64,000 nucleotides of DNA, taken from the NCBI GenBank assembly GCA_004431415.1, contig QPMI01000637.1, positions 124,001-188,000 on the forward strand, in the 5' to 3' direction. This DNA is from Cyanophora paradoxa CCMP329 (lineage: Eukaryota > Plantae > Glaucophyta). Shown piece by piece: positions 47,089-58,607 of this stretch. The translations under genes were made by a program, and so were the position numbers. The notes below the pieces were generated by a model. It made no database searches. It saw only the letters and a program-made list of their open reading frames with translations, and was not told where the DNA came from. The first letter of the stretch is position 1, and each line of letters starts with the position of its first letter.

Positions 47089-47119
47089 ATCTTCACTGCT
47101 TCGCGCGAAAGAAGACTGA
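47089..47119 (-). promoter_or_regulatory. 31-bp leader upstream of pol (duplicate of the leader upstream of gag)
   Basis: Minus strand TCAGTCTTCTTTCGCGCGAAGCAGTGAAGAT is identical to 51334-51364. It starts with an initiator-like TCAGT; promoter function is inferred. Confidence 0.55.
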
Positions 47120-47272
47120 AGGTTGTACCCCTAACAATCATTGTATAGAATCAAGGCTGCTTACGGAGTGGCAGGCATACAAAGTCATATGCTACGCGTT
47201 CGCTCGCATATTCAGTAGTATGCCTGCCACAAGCAGCCTTGCTTCTAAGCAATTCTAAGCCAAGTCTGATCA
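47112..47272. repeat. Internal complementary region (inverted copy of both element termini joined end to end)
   Basis: 47112-47217 is the reverse complement of 43400-43505; 47218-47272 is the reverse complement of 51362-51416. Confidence 0.95.
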
Positions 47273-48014
47273 TGAAGTTTTTAATAGTGAGCGTGTCACA
47301 GGTACGAATTTGTCACAACACCTGACGTTCACCTCCACGGTGGATGCGCGAAGTTCTTGAATGAAGGCACATCACAGCATGCACAGCACACACATATGGA
47401 CTCATGCAAGTACACAACTTGTTCTCTTGAATGCTTCAAAACTTGTCCAGCATGCACACCTCTGGATGAATGCGCCAACCTGCGGAACAGAATAGAAAAT
47501 TGGGAGACACACCTGGATACCAAGAGATGATTTCCTCCACACCTGCGATACCAAATGATTAGATCTGAGCACCCAGCGCGCGATAGCGACACACGAGATG
47601 GCCGTTGCTGGCCAGGAACTCGGCAACTCGACCGCAGCCTGATGTGACCTGGGACGAGAAGAGGTCAGGCTGTTGGGGATTGGCTGGGGCTCGCACCAGG
47701 TTGGAGTCATCCAGGTGGCACTTATGGCCCATGCAAAATTCGTAGTTACAAGGCCTTGTAGACTATGGCAAATTTGAAACGATCACAAGGTCATGCACAT
47801 TGCAATTGCCAAGCTAGTGTTCACCACAGACCCATCACCACAAATGCAATGCAAGCTCAAACACACATAAGAAAGCCCAGATTTATTCCTTCATGGCACA
47901 CACACAGCACAGCACAGCTACGAGCACATGCACATGCCAAGTCTGGGGCCACACGAAAACGAAAAAACCTAGCACTCTACAGCTGCGCCCGAAAGGCTGG
48001 GCACAGGAAGCCGC

Positions 48015-51000
48015 CTACTTCTTCTCGCGCCAATCCGGGCGCGGCGGGTTGGTGCAATCCTTCACATGGTGGCCGTGCTGGTTGCACCTAAAGCAAGCGC
48101 CGCCGTTCCGCTGGGCGGTGGGCGCCTGCTCGCGTTCGACGCGCTGCCGCTGCGGGGGCCGATAGCTAGACGGCTGGCGCTCAGCTGGTGCATACGAATT
48201 ACCGGCGCCGACGCCAGCCACACGAAGCGCGTACGCCATCGACGCGGTCTGCGCGCGGTGCTCCTCCGGCACAGCTGCGAGCGCCTCGGCTGTCTTATCG
48301 CCGCCTTTGTCGCGGATATCTATCTTCTTCTTAACACTAGTGAATGGACCCCTCCGTTCCCCAAAAGGGAAAGGACCGGAGAACACGTTATTTCACTGTT
48401 TCCCCAGGTTTGGGGACATCGGTTTGGCTCACCGGTTCGTTCTCCAAGAACAAAAATGTCACTCCCCAAGTTACCAAACGTCTCCAAATGCCTTCGCCGG
48501 CGGGCCTTCTTGTCGGTGCGCAAAACGCATGCTAAAGCAGCGGACCTCACAGTTGTAGCTCATATACATGTACTCATGGACGAGCCGGCACTTGCGGTGC
48601 ACTTGAAATACAAGGGGGGTGATGAAGTTTGGTGAAAGGGGAATAGAATACTTTCGCCGCGGTGAAAGTGAGGTGCAGGCGCTGGCAAGGGATGGTGACT
48701 AATTGATAATAAGTCAGGTACATGGCGCGGCGGGTGTACAGATAGGGGCAGGGACAGGGGGCAGGGGCAGGGGCCGGGACAGGTTGAGGGCAGGCCCGCC
48801 GCGCCTCTGTGCCCGCCGCCCGCCGCGAGTGCATCCGCCCCCCCCCCCCCCGCCCCCCCCCTCCCCCGCCCCCCCCCCCGCCCCCCCCGCCCCCCGCCCC
48901 CCCCCCCCCCCCCCCCCCCCCCGCCGCAGCGCCGCTCCGCCTCGCCCGACGAGACGCGCCGCTGCCCGCCGCTCCTCCGCGTCGCCGCCCCGCGGCACCT
49001 CCGCTCCGCCTCGCGCCGCGCGAGCGGCCGCCAGCGCCTCCCCACGCCACCGCCCGCCGCTCCACGCCGACTGGGCGGCCGCCCCACGCTGCCCCGCGCC
49101 ACCCGGGCGGCCGCCAGCGCCGCCCCCGCCGCCCGGGCGGCCGCTAGAGCCGCCCCGCGCTGCCGCCCGCCGCCCCGCGGCACCTCCGCTCCGCCTCGCC
49201 CGACGAGCCGCGCCGCCGGCCCGCCGTGCGGCTGCCAGGAGACACCTGCATGACTGATCCAGACTGTGCTCGGGGCTATCAGCGCGGCTCGCGGCGGGAA
49301 GGGGGGCAGCGCAGCAGGCAACCGACCTCAGGAGAGGCGCGCGGGATGGAGAGGCGCATCCGCCTCGCGCATGCCTGCAGCTTGCGCCCAAGAATGCCAG
49401 GGCGAACCGCGAGCCCGTCTGCACGGGGACGGTCAAGGCGGGAGGGCGCGCCGCGCAGGCATCGGTGCGGCCGACTGGGGCTTGCGCTTTGCTCAAAGCT
49501 CTGGTCAATCATGACATTGCCGTCCTTTGCAGCGTGTGACTCTTTGCGGCTCGGAGCGGCGCGACAGGATTCGGCTCCGTAATGTGTGTGACCTCCCACC
49601 TGCTTACTTAGCTTAGCCTTCCTTAGCTTCGGGCGGCTGGGCCCCAGCACTAGCGACGGCTCTCAGGTGCCGTTGCTGGGGCAAGGGCTCTGCCGCCCGG
49701 CTGGGCCCCTGCACTAGCGACGGCTCTCAGGTGCCGTTGCTGGGGCCAGGGCTCTGCCGATTTCTATGCGCACCGATTCTACTGTCTTTCATCCGCGAAG
49801 TTATTAACGTTCGATTAGCGCAGCACTTGATGAGTGGAAGCCGCGAGGGGCGGCGGTCTGCGGCGGCGGGCCGCGGCCGCTGCGGACAACGGCGGCGGCG
49901 CGAGGGGCGGGCTACGGCTGCGATGGCCGCGGCCGCCGCGGACAACGGCGGCGATGGCGGCTGCGGTCGCTGGTAACGGCGGCAATGGCGCCGGCGGGTA
50001 GCAGGCGTCGTTGGCTGCAGCAGGCAGCAGCGCGGGCCTCGGCGCTTCGCTTGCCTCTAGGACAGCTAGGCCCTAGCTGTATGATGCAGGCTAATATATG
50101 CAATGCGCTGGGGCCCGCAGGATGCAAGCGCTGGGGCTCGCAAGAGGGAGTCGCTGGTGCTCGAGGGCGGGATGCGCCTGTGCTAGCACGAGGGAGGCGC
50201 CCGCGCTCTCTGGAGGGAGGTGCTGGCGCTCGCTGGAGGGATGTGCGGGCGTTCGCGGCGGGGACGCGCTGGCGTTCGCGGCGGGGACCCGGATCAATGC
50301 CCCGGTTCTTTTACCCAGGCTAGAGAATCGAACACTTACCAATTCCCCTCAGTTACGCTTGTAATTCCCCCAGTTCCTCTTCTGAACCTATACATTCCCA
50401 CTCAATACCCCAAAATGGATTATGGAGCCTCCATATGGTAAATTCTAGGTTCCCCTCATTCTAACCTGCTGTTCCTCGGTCCTTTCCCCGCCGGGGAACG
50501 GGGGGGGCCATTCACTAGTGTAAGCTCCTCGAGCTGCTTCAAAGACGCTTTGAGGGTTGCTGCACAGGCGACACACGAGAGGAGCCCCTTGAGCTGGAAA
50601 CGCAGCTGTATCAGCTGGAACGCAAACTCCCGAAGCCAGGTATTCTTAAGCTGCATTGCTTCATGCTGTTCGCGCTGCTGCTCCTGAGCGATTTGATGCT
50701 GGTGCTCACGGATGGACTCTACCCCTCGGTCTATGCCTTGCTGAATCTGCTTCTTAATGTACTCATTAAGCTCACCGGCAGGGGCTGTTGTGGCGTTGAC
50801 GACGGGAACCGGGCCGCGGCGGTGCCGAGTGTGCCGGCTGGGTCCTGGCTGGTCGGGAACCGGCACCTCGAGATTCGGGAACATCTGTGCGGCAAGAGCT
50901 TCCTCTCGTGTGGCTGCACCGCCGAACTGCTCACGACGCTGCACCAATCACATCCTCCTCGTCCTCGGAAAATGGCTCCGGATCCGGAACGCCGTCACTG

Positions 51001-51335
51001 GTGCGGTTTTCGACTGCTGGGGCGGCTGGCGCCTTGCGCTTGTTGCTGGTTGACTGACGGCCACTTGGCGTTGGAGTAGGCGCCGAACCGTTGTCCTCGC
51101 CGCCGGAGTCCGCCGCCTCGGTCACACGCGTGGAACGGCGAGCTCGTGGCTGGGCGGATGCGGTCGGCCGCGGACGGGCTGTCTTGCGGGAGCCCGTTGC
51201 GGAAGACTTGCCCTTCTTGTTCGACCCCGCCTCCGCGCAGGCCGCCAAGAGGCTGAAAACGACGACGACGAGAACAAGTGTGACCACCAGAGGGGCCCAG
51301 CTAGGGCCCCTCCCACGACGAGCCACGCGACACAT
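48015..51335 (-). pseudogene. gag-like ORF of the DIRS element, interrupted by a CACTA insertion and a frame break near 50948
   Basis: C-terminal CFRCNQHGHHVKDC zinc knuckle. Removing 48335-50520 plus one TAA restores LKQLEEL|KKKIDIRDK in frame. ATG at 51335 directly follows the leader. Confidence 0.8.
48335..50520. mobile_element. Non-autonomous CACTA (En/Spm) DNA transposon
   Basis: Ends CACTAGTGAATGG...CCATTCACTAGTG, ~44-bp imperfect TIR, 3-bp TSD TAA (48332-34 and 50521-23), internal 64-bp-period repeat at 49634-49759, no recognisable transposase. Confidence 0.9.
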
Positions 51336-51416
51336 CTTCACTGCTTCGCGCGAAAGAAGACTGATCAGACTTGGCTTAGAATTGCTTAGAAGCAAGGCTG
51401 CTTGTGGCAGGCATAC
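51334..51416 (-). repeat. 55-bp terminal repeat (element 5' end) plus 31-bp leader upstream of gag
   Basis: 51362-51416 is the reverse complement of 47218-47272; 51334-51364 equals 47089-47119. Confidence 0.93.
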
Positions 51417-51818
51417 ACTACTAGTATTTCACTCGGCGAGGCAGTGTATCAGCTGATTATGAAGTAGAAGTGACAGATATCCGGATATTATCAGGCAGTG
51501 TATTTAGAGTTGGCGTCACTGGGGGCAGTGTATCAGGAGTCAGTGACTGGCAAGTGAATTATCGAAAAACATTACCGATGTCTCCCCACGGTATTTCATG
51601 CAGCCTGACGCGTACGTCGACTAAATTGCAACCATGATCAGAAAGCATGATATCCAATCAAGCATATGAATCGTAGCTACGTACTACGGTATATACCGTG
51701 GTACTACGGTATTACCGTCGTAGAGTGTACATGCATGTGGTGAATCATTTCAATTGAACCATTTTGAATATGCTGACTCTAATACTGAGGCCCTGAGGCG
51801 CGATGGTGCTTCTAGAAT

Positions 51819-54800
51819 CTATATAGCTAGATAGCTATGCCAAGCTGCTGCCCTCACATCCGTGGCCCTCGCATGCACATGTGAGATCCGTGCACATGTC
51901 AGCTGCGAGCTGCAAGGCCGCTGTTCGACGTTGCCCTCGCCCGCCCCCTCTCCTCCCGCGAAGGCCGCCCAGCCCTCCACACGGAAATCATTTACAGGCT
52001 TCAGCGGAGAATGCGGGCGGGGCGGGGCGGGGCGGGGCGGCGGGCGGCTCAGATGCGGACGTCGCCGACGCGGGCCCACTGCGGGAGCAGGGCGGGGGCC
52101 GTCAGGCCCCCCCAGAGGCGCAGGCCGGCCGGGGGAGCGCGCACCCGCACGGGGAGCTTCCCCGCGAGCCCAGCGGGGGCCGCCGCCCCCTCCGCCGTCT
52201 GCTGGCGGCCCCGGACCTCCCCAGGGCCCGCCGCGCCGGCCCCGGCGCCGGCGCCGCGGCAGCTGCCGGGGGCCTCAGAGGGGAGACGAAGGGGCCGGGG
52301 GAGGGGCGGGGAGGGGCGGGCGCACGGGCGGGCTTGCCCCCGATGGCGCGCAGGGACGAGACGTTCTCCGCGTCGGGCACGGGGATCGCCGCCGGCAGCC
52401 GCGCCTGCCCCGCCCGCCGCGCCCCGCCTGAGATGGCACGGACGCGGAGGGAGGGCGGGAAGCGGGGGCGCACGGGCTCGGCGGCGGCGGCGGCGGACGA
52501 GGGCCGGGGCGCCTCCACCGCCGCCTCCTTCCCGACCGCCGCCGCCTCCTCCGCGCTGCCGCCCCGGGGCCGGGTCAGGGCGCGCGCGGCCGGAGGGGGC
52601 GGGGGTCGCGCGCACGCGGCGCCCGCGGACTGCTGCGCATGCGCCCGCCGGACCCGCCCGCGGATCGCGTTCACCCAGCTGGGCCGGCGTCAGGGCCGGG
52701 GGTACAGCGGAGGTGGCGCGGGGGGTGCGGCGGCGCACGTGTACAGCTCGTCGCGCGAGTCGCACTGGAGGACGACTACCCCGAGGAGCGCGTGGAGATC
52801 TGGGGCCGGCCCTGAGCGCGGGGCGGGCGGGGCGCGGCCCGCGAAAGCGGGCGGGGGGCACCTGGAAGTTGCAGACGCGGCCCTCGAAGGCGCCGACGAC
52901 GCTGCGGGGCGGGGCGCGCGTGGGCCGGGGCGCGAGGGAGGGGCCCGGGGCCCGGGGCGGGGGCGCACGTGACGGCGAGGACGTCGGCGAGGCGGACGGC
53001 CTTGGCGGCCGCCTTCTCGCTCTGCGGCCGGCCTCGGCCCCGCCCCGCGCCCCGCGCCGGCGAGGGGCGGGCCGAGGGGGCCACCGCACCCGCTCGTTCG
53101 CGCAGCACGTCAGCCGGTCGCCCCGAAGCTGGCCGGGCGCGCACGTCGGCAGCCGGGCGAGGGGCGAGGGGGGCGCGTTCCGGGGTACACGTGCACCCTG
53201 AAGTACCGTCGGACGAAGCGCTGGGAGATCGGGTCCTGCCTCCGCAGGTACCCCTCCACTGGGGGGGCAGGGTTCGGGGGCGGGCGGGGGTCGGAGCAGG
53301 GCGGGGGCGGGCGCACGGAAGACGTCGTCGGAGGGCGGGGGCGCCGGAGCGCACGCCGCCGCCGCCGCCGTCGACGGGGCAGGCGGGGCCGGCTCGGGGC
53401 GGCGGACGGGGGCGTCGCGGTCGCGGGCCGCGTTCGAGGGCCGCGGCGCCGACTTGGAGCGGGCCTGGGGCGCGGTCAGGGCGGGGATGGCGGGGAGGGC
53501 GGGACGGGGTCGGGGCGGCGGCTGGCCTGGGGCTTGCGGGTGGGCAGGGCGGACGGCTGCGGGGCGGCGGGGCGCGCCTCCGGCTCGTCGCCCTCCTCGC
53601 AGTAGACTGCGCCGGAGCCGGCTCGAATGCGGCGGAGAGGAGAACGAGAAAGCGGGGCGGCGCACTGGGAAAGGAGGCGGCGGAGCCGCGGGGCACGGGG
53701 CGGGCGGCGGGGCCCGCGAGTGGGCGAGCCGCGCCGGGCGGGCCGGCGCCGCGACGGGGGCGATGGGGAGGGCCGGCGGGGCGAGTGCGGCCCTGCGGAC
53801 GAGATGGCGTGAGGCGAGACCTGCAGGCGACGGCGCCGGCACGGGGCGGCGCACTCGGGCGCGGCGGGGGCGAGGGCCTCGGGAGAGGCGCCGGCGGGCC
53901 CGACGCCGGGCCGCGAGACGATCACGCAGACCGTCGTGTTGCCGTTCGCCGCGCTCGGGAAGCTGGCGGCCGCGGCGGCCGCCGCCTGCGCCGCCGCCTG
54001 CGCCGCCTGCGCGGTGGCGTCGCCCTTGCCCGCCCCGCCCAGCGAGGCGCGCTCGCGGGGCGGCGAGGAGGCGCGCGGCCCGCCCCCGCCGCTGCTCCGC
54101 GGCTGCGCCCGTGCGGGGCTCGGGACGGGCTCGGCCGCCGGCTGCCGCGGAACTTCAGATGGGCCCCGGGGGGTACGGCGAGGCGGGACGGGAAGGGGAA
54201 CGGGCGCACAGGGAAGAGCGTCGCCGTGTGAACGACGGCGTCCCGGTCCGCGACGGCCTGCGGCGGGGCGGGATGAGGGCGGGGGGGCGCGGCGGAGGTG
54301 AACGGGGGCGCGGCGCACGGTGTAATCGGCGGCGGCGGCGGAGCGTCTGGAGGAGGAGGGGGGCGTGGTGCGGTGCGGGGCGGGGCCGGCGGGGGCGGCG
54401 AGGAGCGGGGAGCGGAAGGGGTTGGAGCCCGGCGGGCTCGTGCGGGCGAAGGCGGCGCGGGGCGAGAAGCGGTCGAAGTCGAACTCCTCCTCGGGCGCCG
54501 CCGCCGCGACGGGCGCGGCGAGGCGCTCCGCGTGGCTCTGGTGGAACGCCCCCGCCATCGGGACGGGCGCGACGGGCGCCGCGGCGGGGGCGTGCGGGGG
54601 CGGCGCCGGGGCGGCCGGCGTGGGCGGCCCGCCGGACTCCTTGAGCTTGCGGACGAAGGCGTTGAGGAGGCCGACGCGCTCGCCGAGCTTCTTCGCCCGC
54701 GCCTGGTGCGCCCGGATGAGGGCGTCTGCCGCAACGACTCGGTTCGGTTTCGCGGCGAGAGAGGGTCCCGCGCGGGAACTGCGCACCCCGGGCGGCGACC

Positions 54801-56883
54801 GCGTCCTCGAGGCCCCGGATGCGGCCCTGGTACCCCTCCTCCGCGGCGAAGAGGCGCTCGTACTCGCCTGGGGAGGGGGCGGGGGGCAGTGAGCGCGGCG
54901 CGCCGGGCGACAGGGCGCGAGCGGGCGGGCGAGGGGGCGGGGGAACCTTTGAGGAGCTCGCGCTCGGCGAGGAGCTGCTCGATGGCCCCGCGCAGCGCCC
55001 CCTCCGCCGTCCGCTGGTCCGCCAGCTGCGCCCCCCGCCCCGCCCGTGAGCCGGCGGCCCGGGCGGTGCGGGGCGGGGGCGGGGTCGGGCGGGCGGGGCG
55101 CCTCGGACTCGAGGTGGCCGGCGCGGCCGCGGAGCTCGGCCTCGCGCTCGCCGCCCTCCTCCAGCGCGTCCTCCAGCGCCCGCACCCCTGCGCCCCGCGC
55201 GCTCGCCCCGCCGCCCGCAGGAGCGCCGCCGCGGCGCCGGCGCACGGGCTTCGAGAGAGGCGGTGATGGCCTCCTTGGCGGCGAGGTCGCGCCTCAGCGC
55301 CTCCATGCGCCCCTCCGTCTCGGCGTCGCGCCGCTGGATGGCCTGCGCGAGCTGGCGGGGCGGGGTGAGGGCGGGGCGGGGCGGGGCGCCGGGGGCCGGG
55401 GCTCGCTCGCCTGGCCCTCGAGCTCGACGCGGCGCTGGACCTCCCGCTGCAGCTCCCGCATCTTCCCCTCCAGCGCCCCCGCCGCCTCCTGCCCGCCCCG
55501 CCTCGCCCCGCGAAGCCGAGCGGCGGGGCGGGGCGCGGCGGCGCGGCGCACGTCCCTGGCCGCGGCGTCCGCGGTGAGCTGCGCGCAGCGGGCCTTCCAC
55601 TCGTCGAGCTGCGCCGGCGAGCGTGAGCTGCGCGGGCGCGGGACGGGCGGGCGGGCGGGCGGGCGGCACCAGCTGGTTCTGGCGGCGGAGCTTGGGGATG
55701 AGGACCTGCCGCAGCTCGGAGGCCGCCATCACGCGCCCCCGCACCTGCGGCCCCGGGGCTCCGCCCGTCAGCCCCGCCCCGGTTCAAGGCGGGGAAAGGG
55801 CCGCGGCGACCTCCTCCTCGAGCGCCTTCAGCTTCGCTGTGAGGGCCTCGCTGGCCTGCTGCCGCTGCCGCCGCCCCTGCTCCGCCCCCTCCCGGTGCTG
55901 CCCCCGCGTCGGGGCGCGCCCGGGGCGGGGGCGGGGGCGGGGCGGGGCGGGCGCACGAGCTTCTCGAGGGCGTCGAGCTTGAGCTGCAGGATGGCGATCT
56001 GCTCGTCCTTGGCGCGCAGCTCGGCCGCGTAGAGCTCCTTGAGCCGCCTCAGCTCCGCCTCGCGGTCCGGCCCCCGCTGCGCGCGGCGCCGCCAGTCAGA
56101 GCCGGCGCGCCGGGGAGCGGCTCGCGGCGGCGCGCCTCCCGCTCGAAGTCGGCGATGGCCGAGCGCGCGAGCTGCAGCTGCTCCTCCTTCGCCGAGAGCT
56201 TCGAGTCCCACGCGGCGCGCAGCGAGGAGAGGTCTGCGGCGCCGGCGCGGCGGGGCGCGGCGTCAGCGGCGGCCGTGCTGCGGGGCCGGCCCCGGGCGAG
56301 CGCCGGCGCACCCTGGTCCTTCGTCTTCGACTCCTCCTCCAGCAGCCGGATCTTCTCGGAGAGCCAGAAGACCTGCCAGCGGGGGGCCGTGAGCGGGGTC
56401 GGGAGGGGCAGCGGAAAGCCTGCGGGGCCCGCCTTCTGATCCTTCTCCCACACGTCCTTCTCTAGACCTGAAACGCGGTCGACGAGCTTCTGCATCTGCA
56501 CGTTCTTGTCCTGCAAGCCGAACCGTGTCTCAGGCGGGTTGTCGCGCGGCGAGCTCAGGCGAGCGCTGCGGCGGCACCTTCACTTTCTGAACGAGCTCGC
56601 GGATCTTTATGTTGTATGCGTGATCCTGCGGCGGCACGGCCGCTTTGTCCATGTCCGTCTGCGAGGAGGCCGTCGAGACAGCCGACGAACGCCTCGCCTG
56701 TCTGCCATCTGGCGACACGAGGTCGATAGTGGAGCTGGGACTTCCGATGTTCGTGGTCTGCTTGAGGTTCTGCCGACAAATAAGCGGCGAAGGAAGCGCG
56801 GGACGCGGGCCGGTGGGCGCGGCTATCTCTTTGACGGGTTCGAACGCGCCGCGTCGCGCCACAGGAGGGGCGTGCAGCGGCAA
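51819..56883 (-). CDS. Multi-exon long coiled-coil protein with low-complexity linker and possible C-terminal PH-like domain
   Basis: Heptad-rich exons (QDKNVQMQKLVDRVSGLEKDVWEKDQK; LKELYAAELRAKDEQIAILQLKLDALEK). VEGYLRRQDPISQRFVRRYFRVH..GDRLTCCANE resembles the PH beta1-beta3 strands. Ends approximate. Confidence 0.6.
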
Positions 56884-57027
56884 GCTGGCTTCGAACCTTG
56901 ATTTTGGATATTAGCGACCCCAGTAGCTGGTCGGTCTGGTCCAGTTCGCTTGCAGCTCGGCTAACCAGGCCCCGAAGCGCCTCGCTGTTCCTCTCGAGCC
57001 TCGCGCTCCTGAACGGGCTCGATTCAA

Positions 57028-57077
57028 GCGATGAGGGAGCCGGCGGCGCCATAGCCAGCATCGCTCGCTGCTCCTGC
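57028..57077 (-). repeat. 50-bp dispersed repeat (copy 2)
   Basis: Reverse complement identical to 26318-26367. Confidence 0.8.
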
Positions 57078-58607
57078 TGGCCTGGGCCCCGGCCGGTTTG
57101 AAATGTGTGGCGGGGGGTACGCTGCTCGTCGGACGTCTGCAGCACGGAACGCGAACGTCGAATTCGAACACCGCGGCCGCGGCCGAGAGATCTAGCTATC
57201 GCTATAGAACCGCCGAGATCTAGAAGAGCGATCACGCGACGAGCTCGAGGTCTAGTTGCCGCATGCGCACTGCGGCACACTGAACCAAAGAAGAATCTGG
57301 GGATCATCGGATCGGAAGCAACTGCCAGCTGCAGGCTGCTGGCCTCAGATCATCGGACTCTCCGCGGGATCTACTAGGCTAGATTTCGAATTCCCGGCGT
57401 CCGGATCCGATCGCGAGGCTCATGATCAGCTGCAGGCGCCCCGGCCGGCGCCGGGGCGCCGCGGCGCGCGCTGCTAGCGCTATCTGTACGTATACATGTG
57501 TGCAAGTGTGGCGCGATCATCGGATAGCTATAGGCTGGCAAGGCGCTTGCGTCAATGCGACTTCAGCTGCAGCTAGAGCATGTGCATCTAGATCTCAGAC
57601 TCTCAATTAATATATTGCAACGAGCGCTAGGTCTGCCCGGGCGCGCGCGCGCGCGTTAATTATAAACCTGTTAACGTTTCAGCCTGATTTAAATTAGGCT
57701 AGCCTGATTAGAAATCAGGCCGGAATCAGCTGCTGCAGGCTGATCATGAGCCGTCAGCCTGACTCCAGCCTAATTGCTAATTATATCGAGAACCGGGCTC
57801 CGTGCACGTGATGCTCGGTAGGCAGGAGCCAGCCTTCATGATCAGATCAGAGCTCGAGGCTCGGCTTAAGCTCGGCGGCCACCGGCGCCGCGGCCGGGCG
57901 CCGCGCCCGCCGGCAGCTTTTTTTTTGCAAAAGTGGACGTCGCATTGATATTCGATACACCACGGCACATGTATCAATGTTCTACGTGACGTGCCCTTCC
58001 GACCGGTCAGCTATCTAGCCGAGGGTGCTAGCTAGGTGCCGGCCATGGGTCGCTCAATATGGGAGGTTCGCCTGAGTGGGGGAGCCATGGTTTTCGGTGA
58101 TCCGCGCCCGCCGGCAGCGCTAGCGGCCGGCAGGACGTCGACGCGGGTGCCGTCATCACCCATGGCCACAGCTTAGCTAATAATTATAATTGTATTATAA
58201 TTAGTTTGCAGCGGCGAGACAATCTTAAGGCGACTTGGATGGCCGCCGGGCGGGCGGGAAAGCCTAGGGGCGGAAGCGGCCGCGGGGCGCCGGCGCCGCG
58301 CGCGCGGGGGGGGGGTGGGGGGGATGATGGGGGGGGGGGGGGGGGGGGATGAGAGCGGCGTGTGTCGAAGCGTGCGGGCCGGGCCTCATGATCAGTTCGA
58401 GATGAATCAGCTGCGCATTAATATTTGGGCCGTGTGCAGCTGGTAGGTACACTGCAGCTGCAAGCCTGCGCCGCGGCCGCTCCGGGCTAGCGGCCCTGCG
58501 GACGAATTCGCGCGTACGCGTCATGATCAGGCGAGGCCTCATGATCAGTGCATGCGCAGGCGGCGGCGCCGGGCGCCGGCGCGGGGCGGCGCATGCGCAC
58601 GAGGGCG

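Larger units (their letters stand above)
43400..51416 (-). mobile_element. DIRS-type tyrosine-recombinase retrotransposon with a two-module inverted-repeat architecture (contains a nested CACTA insertion)
   Basis: gag(CCHC), RT-RNaseH-MT and YR ORFs on the minus strand. Perfect inverted repeats 43400-43505/47112-47217 (106 bp) and 47218-47272/51362-51416 (55 bp). No evident TSD. Confidence 0.93.

Noticed and set aside
48390-48720. Possible transposase remnant inside the CACTA element
   Set aside because: No TnpD/TnpA motif recognisable.
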